Shown: piece by piece, positions 1 through 9,153 of the stretch
Layout of the letters: every line of letters starts with the position of its first letter
Numbering within the stretch: position 1 is the first letter of the stretch
Origin: Zygophlyctis sp. KS116
Taxonomy: Eukaryota > Fungi > Chytridiomycota
NCBI GenBank assembly: GCA_054661495.1
Contig: BAAFSQ010000006.1
Coordinates: forward strand, 66,161-98,160
Length of the DNA stretch: 32,000 nucleotides
Reading direction: 5' to 3'
Program-made: the position numbers and the translations under genes
Notes under the pieces: model-generated
What the model saw: the letters and a program-made list of their open reading frames with translations, nothing else
Told to the model about the DNA's origin: nothing
Databases searched by the model: none

Positions 1-1567
1 GAAGAGAAAATCCAATGGTAATTTGTGCATTGGCAAGATGCGTTCAGGGGGATATGAAGAGAGCTTTTGATGCCGTGAAATTCGCTCCGTTACATAGAAT
101 TCATATATTCTTGGCAACTAGTGATATTCACTTGAAATATAAATTAAAAATTTCAAGGGAAGAATGTATTCAGAGAGCTGTAAATTCAGTAAAATATGTC
201 AAGGAATTGGGTTGTAATGATATTGAATTTTCTCCAGAAGATGCTGGAAGATCAGAAAAGGAATTCTTGGTTAAAGTTTTGGGAGCAGTGGTAGAAGCTG
301 GGGCAACAACTCTAAATATTCCAGATACAGTAGGTTATAATACTCCCCAGGAATATGGAGAATTGATTGATTATTTGGTTAAAAACGTGCCAGGAGCTGA
401 AAAGATTACTTTTTCTACACATTGTCACAATGATTTAGGATTGGCAACGGCTAATACTTTGCAAGGGATTTTAAATGGAGCTAGACAAGTAGAAGTGACA
501 ATAAATGGAATAGGAGAACGTGCTGGTAAAGAATCTAATACTTAAAATTTAGGTAATACATCCCTAGAAGAAATTGTAATGACTCTTTATACACATCCAA
601 ATTCTTACCCTGTGCATCATGCAATTGATACTTTTCAAATTTATGCAACTTCTCAATTAGTTACAAAACGTACAGGAATGGTTATTCAGCCAAATAAAGC
701 TATTGTGGGTGGGAATGCTTTTGCACATGAGTCGGGAATACATCAGGATGTAATTTAAGATTTTTCTAAACTAATTAGGGTGTTTTGAAACATAAGGAGA
801 CTTATGAAATAATTAGACCTGAAGTTGTAGGAATCCCTAGTAATTCTCTAGTCCTTGGAAAACATTCAGGAAGGAATGCATTTAATTCACGTCTAAATAC
901 TATTATAAATTCATCTTCTGTATATGATAAAATTATTCTATCAGATTCGGTATTAATGGAAACACTTTTTAAAGATTTTAAGAATTTAGCTGATACAAAA
1001 AAGAGAGGTGTTACAGATCAAGATTTATTTGCTCTCCTTGATGATCAATTACAGACTGTTTCTTCTGGCCCTGCCCATTATACTTTTGAATCATGTCAAG
1101 TAGTTTCTGGATCTAACGTAAAAGCAACAGCAACAGTTTGTATTATAGACAATAGCTGTGACCCTTGCGTGAAACTTATTGATGCTGCTATTGGTCATGG
1201 ACCAGTCCATTCTATTTTTCAGGCTATATCTAGAATTACAAAGTGTTATACAAGACTTGCAAATTATGACGTTTCTGCTGTGACTGAAGGCTCAGATTCA
1301 TTAGGAAAAGTGACTGTCAAAATAATTCCAGATATGTCTGAACTCTCTGTTGAAGTTCCAGTGAATGTCGTTCTTGGAGAAAATATTTCAGCAAATGCGT
1401 ACGAAAGTTCACGAGTGTATGTTGGAGCGGGAACTCACGAAGATATTTTAGTGGCTTCTGCAAAAGCATATCTGAATGCAGTCAATAGATATTTGAATGC
1501 AGTCAAACACTCTAAAAAGGACGATGCGGTCTATGAAAGTGGTCAGAAGATCAAGGCAGACGTTTGA
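1..1567 (+). CDS. leuA: 2-isopropylmalate synthase, bacterial/plant-type LeuA (5' end outside window); introns 526-552, 750-778
   Basis: Motifs [31 protein letters not shown]|[16 protein letters not shown]|GVLK and LGKHSGR are rejoined by removing 27- and 29-nt GT-AG introns. A C-terminal regulatory domain follows ([13 protein letters not shown]). Confidence 0.95.
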
Positions 1568-1598
1568 GTGTTTGTTAAGGAGTAGTTTTTTAGATTTG

Positions 1599-2978
1599 AT
1601 GGAAGAAGAAAATAGTTTAAAGAGAAAGGATCCGTTTGATGAGGAACAAGTTGTTTTGAGTGCATCAGCTGGATTATCAATCGAGGAAAACAAACGACTA
1701 GAAGCATTATGGATGAACAATCATAAGAAATCGTCCAGAAAAGTTGAAGAAGTTCCAGAAACAAGAGAATCTACTGGGAAACAGCCAAAAAAGAGAATCG
1801 CTTTACTTCTCTCTTATGCCGGAACTGGATATCAAGGAATGCAGTTGTAAGCAGTGAAATTCAAGATTAAATCATAGAAATCCAGGCGCAGCAACTATTG
1901 AATTAGATCTGCTCAAGGCATTGAGTGTATCAGGAGCTGTTTCTGCAGATAATTCAATGGACCCTGTAAAAATTGGATTTTCAAGATCTGCTCGGACAGA
2001 TAAAGGTGTTCATGCATCAGGACAAGTTGTGACATTTAAAATGATTTTACAAGATCCAGATATTATCGAAAAGATTAATGCAGCTCTCCCGCCACAAATT
2101 AGAGTCTGGGGATATGTTCGAACTAATAAGAATTTTAATGCAAAAACTCATTGTGATTCCAGATTTTATGAATATTTATGTCCTACTTATATATTCAAAC
2201 CTGCAGATCAAGGTATGTATTCATCTAAAAACTTTTTTCAGCTATTATACTAATTGTTAGAGAGATGGTCTTCATCTGCATTCTTACGTCGTGAAGAGGT
2301 AAACGCATCTGACTTGGAAATTTGTAAAGATTACAGATCTACACCTGAACAAATTGAAAACTTGAAGTCAATTTTGAAGGAGTATTTAGGAACTCATAAT
2401 CATCATAACTTTACCATTGGAAAAAAGTTTGACGATAAGAGTGCCTTTAGATACATTATGTCCTTTGAGGTAATTCTTATTCTCTTATTGTTTAGTGTTC
2501 TAGCCCATTTATTAGAGAAAATATGGAATGGGTCAGCATTAAAGTCCATGGACAATCATTTATGTTGCATCAAATCAGAAAATTGATTGGATTAGCCATT
2601 CTCATGATTAAAACCAATACACCTTGCACTCTAATCCCAAAAACATTTGAAGAAACCAAATTAAATATTCCAAAAGCTCCCGCTTTAGGTCTTTTACTTG
2701 AAAGAACTGTGTTTTCGGGATATAATACAAGGGCCGAGAAACTGGGAGGAGATTCACCTCCTATAACATTTACACCCTTTGAATCACCCATGAAGGAATT
2801 TAAAGAGCGAGAAATTTATTCTCGAATTATAAAAGAAGAAATCCAACAAGGAATTTTTGAAGATTGGATTCGTGGAGTTGAAGAAAGGCCTTATGACTAT
2901 TTCTGGTTTTTAAGGCCTGATGGTACACTTGATGAATCAATTAAACCACAATTTACGACTGCATCCGATCAGCAGTAA
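1599..2978 (+). CDS. PUS1: tRNA pseudouridine synthase 1 (TruA family); introns 1847-1877, 2213-2260, 2470-2495
   Basis: Motifs SYAGTGYQGMQ, ARTDKGVHA (catalytic Asp), HNFT, GQSFMLHQIRK and PKAPALGLLLE. Confidence 0.93.
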
Positions 2979-3052
2979 TCATTAGTAACAAAGAAGTCTC
3001 AAAAAAAGAAAATTAATACAAGTAACTCTAATTGAATTTTAAAGCCAATCTT

Positions 3053-3461
3053 TTATCCGAATACATTTTCAGTCGCATAAAGAACATATCTAGTTATTAG
3101 TAATTAATCAACAGCGAATTCTTAGAAATTAAGGTAATACTTACAAAAATCCATCTTCATCCTTAAAGTCTTGATAAACCTGAGTCAGGAGAGCGCTTGA
3201 TGGGGGGATAGCATCTTTAACAGTCAAGAATAATGCTTGTTCAGGAGCCAACTTTAACCTTTTCCTGATAACAAATTGGAACTGTCCGATTGAAATATCG
3301 CCTGGACAGAGAAACTTTTTCTTATCAATGTCTGGCAATGCCTTTGACGACCTTCCTGCTGCTTTTTCCACTATTATAGGTATTCTGTCTGGATAAGTGG
3401 TTAGAATCCTAGCAGACTCTGAGCTTCTCTTTTCTAGATCATGATCTTGTTTGAATCCCAT
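3053..3461 (-). CDS. ATG8: Autophagy ubiquitin-like protein Atg8; intron 3090-3144
   Basis: YPDRIPIIVEK, DIDKKKFL, VIRKRLKL and KDEDGFL|YVLYATENVFG* after removing a 55-nt intron. The start is the ATG at 3461, not 3689. Confidence 0.95.
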
Positions 3462-3489
3462 ATTAATCAAATCAATAGACGCTGACCTG

Positions 3490-3504
3490 CACGTGAGCGC
3501 GTGA
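3490..3504. promoter_or_regulatory. E-box (TCACGTG on - strand) and adjacent MCB-like ACGCG in the ATG8/MSH2 divergent promoter
   Basis: CACGTG at 3490-3495 and GCGCGTGA at 3497-3504 lie in a 122-bp GC-richer spacer. Motif match only. Confidence 0.35.
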
Positions 3505-3583
3505 TAAAAACGGCAGCCAAGCACTAATCTGGCGGCCAAATTTCTCTTTGAGTCTGAGATACGAGTAAATTTAATTTTCTCAA

Positions 3584-6272
3584 ATGTCGATTCAAGAATT
3601 TTGCAAAGGCCTTCCACAAGAAAATGTATGCCGATACTTTGATACAAAAGGGAACGGTGAAGAATGGACTTGCGTACTGAAGGATGCACAAGATGTAAAA
3701 TACAATAAATTACGGCTACTGGATCTAGTAAGGGGAAAGTTGGATCAAGGGGAAAAAGTGGAATTGTATTCGCTTGTAAGGAAAGAATGGGAACTAGTGG
3801 TCAGTGGCTCACCAGGAAATCAAATTGCTCTTTTAGAGTTTTTAGAAGTGGAAACGGCAAACGAATGTCGGATCGGTTGTCTACGTTTAAAAGAGGATTA
3901 TGTTTTACTAGTAGCGACGGACGCTCAAGGTGAAAAGGTATTTGCATAATTATATCTCAGGATTAAGGATTTTATTTCTTCTACATTTATTGATAATGAT
4001 TTATACACTGATCTTGAAGCTCGACTAGTTTCTTTGGGAGTAAAAGAATTGTTATTGACTAAAAATACAAAAGATATTGCAAAACTAAAGTCATTATCGG
4101 AAAGATGTCAGATTGCTATCACTTTTGTTCAAGATTCATATTTTGATACGAAATCTTTAAAACAGGATTTGTCAAGTATATTTTCACCGGATCAAATGAC
4201 TAAAACTGATTTAAATTTGGTAGATTTTGATGCAGTAGATTCAGTGTTTCCTCTAATAGGATGTTTAATCAAGTATTTAGGACTATTAAATTCTAAGTCA
4301 AACTTTGCAAAGTACTCATTATGCGAAATGGAATTTGATTCTTATATGAAACTTGATGGTGCAGCTGTCAAGGCATTAAATTTACTCCCTAGTAGTCAAG
4401 ATGGAGCTTTGAAGAGTAGGAGTTTATACGGGGTATTGAATCATTGTCAGACTGCTCAAGGATGTAGACTTTTATCTCAGTGGTTAAGACAACCCCTTCT
4501 GAATTTGAATGAGATTGGTATGATTTTAAATTGTTGATTTTAGAAAAAAGACAGGATATTGTTGAATCTTTTGTAACTGATAATCTTTTTCGTCAAGATG
4601 TCCAGGTATCTCTATAATTATTTTTGCTAATTTAAAGGAGCATTTGAAAAAGTTTCCAGACTTGCAAAGGATGGCACAAAGGTTTGGAAGAGAAAAGGCA
4701 AATTTACAGGATGTCATTAGAGTGTATCAGGTCGTTATAGCGCTCCCAGATTTTTTGGAAACTTTGCAAGGCGTGTCCGGACTGCACCAAGATTTGATTA
4801 AAGCGACATATTATGATAAATTTAAGAAATATGCAGAAAATCTGAGCAAATTAAAGGCGTTAGTAGAAACTACTGTGGATTTGGAGGCAGCAAATTACCA
4901 TCAATATATGATAAAGGCAGAGTTTCATCCTGAACTGAAAGAAATTCGAGAAAAAATGGAAACAATCACTTCAGATATCCAGAAAACGGCAAGATACACA
5001 GCAAACGATCTTGGCCTTGAATTTGAGAAGAAGTTGAAATATGAACACTCTCCGCAGTATGGTCATCATCTCCGCCTTAGTCGCAATGTAGGTTCAATTT
5101 ATTTTACCAAATAGGATGCCCGTTTAATTCGAGGCAACAGAGAGTATATTGAGCTTGCCACACAAAAAGCAGGAGTTCTTTTCACTACTTCTAAAATTCG
5201 AGATTTATGCGACACTTATGTATCTCTTCAAGATACATACGAAAAATTACAAAAGGATGTTGTCAAGGAAGTTTTGAGTATAACTGCAAGTTATTTCCCG
5301 GTGCTGGAAGTCATGAATCATTTAATTTCACATATGGATGTACTTGTAAGCTTTGCGACAACAGTTTCTAATGCCCCACGACCATATGTGCGTCCAAAAC
5401 TTGTTCAAGACGGAGATATAATCTTAAAATCATCCCGTCATCCATGTGTTGAATTACAGGATAATGTATCCTTTATTGACAATGATGCTTCCTTTATCAG
5501 GGGAGAGCGGATGTTCCAGATTATTTCTGGACCAAATATGGGGGGTAAATCTACATATATACGGCAAGTAAGATGCTTATCTTCACTCAATTTATAGGTA
5601 GGAGTCAATGTTCTTATGGCTCAAATCGGATCATTTGTGCCTTGTGATGAAGCCCAAGTCTCTATCATGAATAGCATCCAAGCTCGTGTAGGCGCAGGCG
5701 ACTCACAGCTGAAAGGAATTTCCACATTTATGGTATATTTTTTATAAATTAATATAAAGGCAGAAATGCTAGAAACTGCAGCAATCTTAAAATCTGCAGG
5801 TCCTAATTCTTTAGTTATTATCGATGAGTTAGGCCGGGGAACAAGTACATCAGATGGATTTGGTTTAGCATGGGCAATTTCGGAACACTTGGCTCAAAAC
5901 ACTAGCTGTTTCTGTTATTTTGCAACACATTTCCATGAATTAACAGCTCTGGAGAAGCAAATTCCAACAGTTTTCAACATACATGTAAAAGCCCTAGCTC
6001 AAGAGGCCAATATGATTCTATTATACAAGGTATGCCCCGGTGTATGCGATCAGAGTTTTGGAATTCATGTTGCTGAAATGGCTAAATTCCCTCCCAGTGT
6101 GATTAATCTTGCCAAGCAAAAGGTAATTCAGCTCGAAACGGGAAAAGTCGAGCATGATCATGAAGCAGAGAAAGCAAAGCTTCTTAAAGATTTTTCCCGA
6201 TTGGAGTCATTTGATATGATGTCTGATAAAGGGGCGATAACAGCCCTCGAGCAGCTTGTTCAAGCCCAATAA
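3584..6272 (+). CDS. MSH2: DNA mismatch repair protein Msh2; introns 3938-3967, 4518-4543, 4606-4637, 5088-5114, 5568-5597, 5733-5759
   Basis: Motifs [40 protein letters not shown] (Walker A), STFM|[24 protein letters not shown] and [10 protein letters not shown]. Confidence 0.96.
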
Positions 6273-6318
6273 ATATGTTTTGCCCCTTGCTTGTCTAACC
6301 AGGTGATTTTGAGAAAAA

Positions 6319-7922
6319 ATGATGCATGATAATGGATTTTACTTTAGTTTCGGTCTGCTCACTGGGATTGTGGTCTGCACAGTGACTTATTATACTCTGA
6401 GTTGGATAAAGGATTTTGCAGAACTGATCTATAATCGGCCGATCAAACATCAATCGCTGCGAAATTCAAAGTCTTCACTTGATCTATTCAAATCACTCAT
6501 TGGAAAAGTTCAATCAGAATCCACCGGCAATGATGCTACATCCTTCAAAGATGATGTAATAACTTACGAAAGTGTTATCGGTAAGTTAGAGTCTGAACTC
6601 TTGATCAAGGCTGATAAGTTGGAAAAAATAGTTTCACACATGATCAGTGAAATGAAGAAGGGATTGGCTTATGATAATCAAAATTTAAGAATGCTGCCTT
6701 CATTTGTTACTGCTAGACCGACAGGAACAGAAATTGGAACAGTTTTGGCTCTGGACTGTGGAGGTTCAAACTTTAGAGTTTGTTTAGTGACATTAGAAGG
6801 GCAGGGACTGATTAGAAGTAAACAGGGAAAGTATGTTTTACCAGAGCATTTAAAGGCTGGATCTGGTGTAGCACTATTTGATTTTTTTGCAGACTCGATC
6901 AAGAAATTCTTGGATGATATTGGGATGGTGATTAATCCAAATGGACCTCCAAAACCTCTAGGATTTACATTTTCATTTCCAGTATATCAAACTTCCATAG
7001 ATGAAGGTTACTTAATTCAATGGAATAAAGGATTTACAGTCACAGGAGTGGCAGGTCTAGATGTCTCATCTTTGCTAAATGAAGCTTTAGGAAGAAAAAA
7101 TCTCAATATCGAAGTTACAGCTGTAGTTAATGATACTGTTGGGACACTTATAGCTCATTCATACAAGGATCCTCAAACATATATTGGTGTAATTTTAGGA
7201 ACTGGAACAAATGCAGCATATGTAGAAAAGATTGAGGAAGTGAAGAAGACAGATTTAAAATCTAGCACAGGGGAAATGATTATCAATACAGAATGGGGAG
7301 CTTATAATGAACCATCTATTTTACCCATTACGAAATATGACACTACTTTAGACCGACAGTCTGTAAATCCAAAAATTCAAATATTCGAAAAGATGATTGC
7401 AGGAATGTATTTAGGAGAAATTGTTCGTATAATTTTGATTGATTTAATTTCAATGGGTGAATTATTCAGAGGAGTTGGATCGGATGAATTGAATATCCCT
7501 TATAGTTTTGATACTGCTTACATGTCTAGAATCGAAAGGTAACATAAAAATATTTATCAACTTGAAGAGACCATACTCATGATTTGACTGATACAAAGTC
7601 TCTCCTGGAGGACATTTTGAGTATCAGAGCGCCTACTAGTCTTCGTGACCGACGCATTGTTAAACGAGTATGCGAATTAGTAGGTACTCGTGCTGCTAGA
7701 CTAGCCGCCGCTGGTATTGCAGCTATAGTCACAAAAACAAATCGTCTAAATCAGTGTACTGTTGGTATTGATGGATCTTTATTTGAACATTATCCTCATT
7801 TTGGAAATAGAATGCGAGACGCCCTTCGAGAAATGCTAGGACTGTCTGCAGACAATATTTTACTAGAGCAGGCAAGAGATGGATCTGGACAGGGAGCGGC
7901 ATTGATCGCTGCATTGGCTTAA
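6319..7922 (+). CDS. HXK: Hexokinase with N-terminal hydrophobic segment; intron 7539-7567
   Basis: Motifs LALDCGGSNFRV, LGFTFSFP, WNKGF, VNDTVGTL, ILGTGTNAAY, INTEWG, FEKMIAGMYLGEIVR, GIDGSLFEHYP and DGSGQGAAL. Confidence 0.95.
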
Positions 7923-7993
7923 TTGTATTAGTTTTTAGTGATGTCATTGTCTGATCTCGGCAATTTAATAAAGTTTTATTGCCTATACCAGTG

Positions 7994-9129
7994 ATGTCTG
8001 CTCTTTCAGAAGAAGATATTCAAAGTCTATTCATGTGGATCGACGAGATTCCTCTCTCGAGACCAAAGAAGAATCTGACACGGGACTTTAGTGATGGAGG
8101 TAAAGCCGATTACTAATGAGAAAGTTCTTGCTGCTGAAGTAGTTAAACATTTCGTCCCGAAATTGGTAGATCTGCATAATTACGCCCCTGCCAATTCAAT
8201 ATCACAAAAGATTTACAATTGGTCAACGCTCAATGGTATTAGATCCAAGTATAAACTGATTTTAGAAAAAGTATTCCGTAAATTGGGATATTTCATTAAT
8301 GATACGATCATACATGCCATGGTCAATTGTAAGCCTGGATATGTGGAATATCTTCTCTTTGAACTTCGCCAAAAGGTAATCAGAGATCTTCTCAATGTAG
8401 ATTGAAGAATATTTAGTTCATAAGCCTGCGATCCCAAAACTACATCGAAAGAAATCAAAGCCTTCCCTTTCCAAACAAAATTCAGAAAAATCAATTAAAT
8501 CTGATAGGACAAGCGAAAGCGAGGCAAGCAGTCAGCAGCAACGGATAAATCCAGATTTTGAAGGCAATAATGCGCATACAGAGGGATACCAGAATGATTT
8601 AACCCAAGATAGAAACGAATACCAACATTTAGGCTTTACCGGTGGATATAATTCAGGATATCAACCCGTAAAAAATGGAGGCTCTCCGAGTCAATTTCAA
8701 GGCGGATTTCCAAATATATCTCAACAATCAGGATTTCCTCCACAAACATCGGCCTTAACTACACCACAAAATGACCATTCTTTCAAGAACCAATCAAACA
8801 TTTCTAAGAATGATAATTCACAAAATTCTGTAGAGTCTCCCACTCGTCTGCATTCTAAACCCAGAGTTATGATACAGGAGCCGGTACCTCATTATAAAGC
8901 ATCAAAAGCAATAAATAACAATCAAAATACAGGGAATACTGGCGACTTTGGAAGGGAAATAGCTGATACATTAAGAGTAAGTAATCATTTGAATAACAAA
9001 GTTATTTAATTTTTGTATCTTATAATTAAGTAGATGATGCAACTAAAAGTCGAAAAGTTAGAAACACTTCTGCAACTCAAAGATAAGAAAATAGAAGAGC
9101 TCAGTAGAAGACTCGATACAATGTCATAA
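7994..9129 (+). CDS. SPEF1: Sperm flagellar protein 1 (SPEF1/CLAMP; CH domain, low-complexity linker, coiled coil); introns 8100-8124, 8236-8265, 8376-8400, 8977-9033
   Basis: N-terminus WIDEIPLSRPKKNLTRDFSDG|VLAAEVVKHFVPKLVDLHNY..ANS..QK..NW.TLN and C-terminus MQLKVEKLETLLQLKDKKIEELSRRL. The stop-free exon 8401-8976 is absent from the ORF track. Confidence 0.9.
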
Positions 9130-9153
9130 TAATTGTATATTAATAGAAAATAG

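Noticed and set aside
3462-3689. N-terminal extension of ATG8 in the ORF track
   Set aside because: It starts at a non-ATG codon antisense to MSH2, and Atg8 homology begins at the ATG at 3461.
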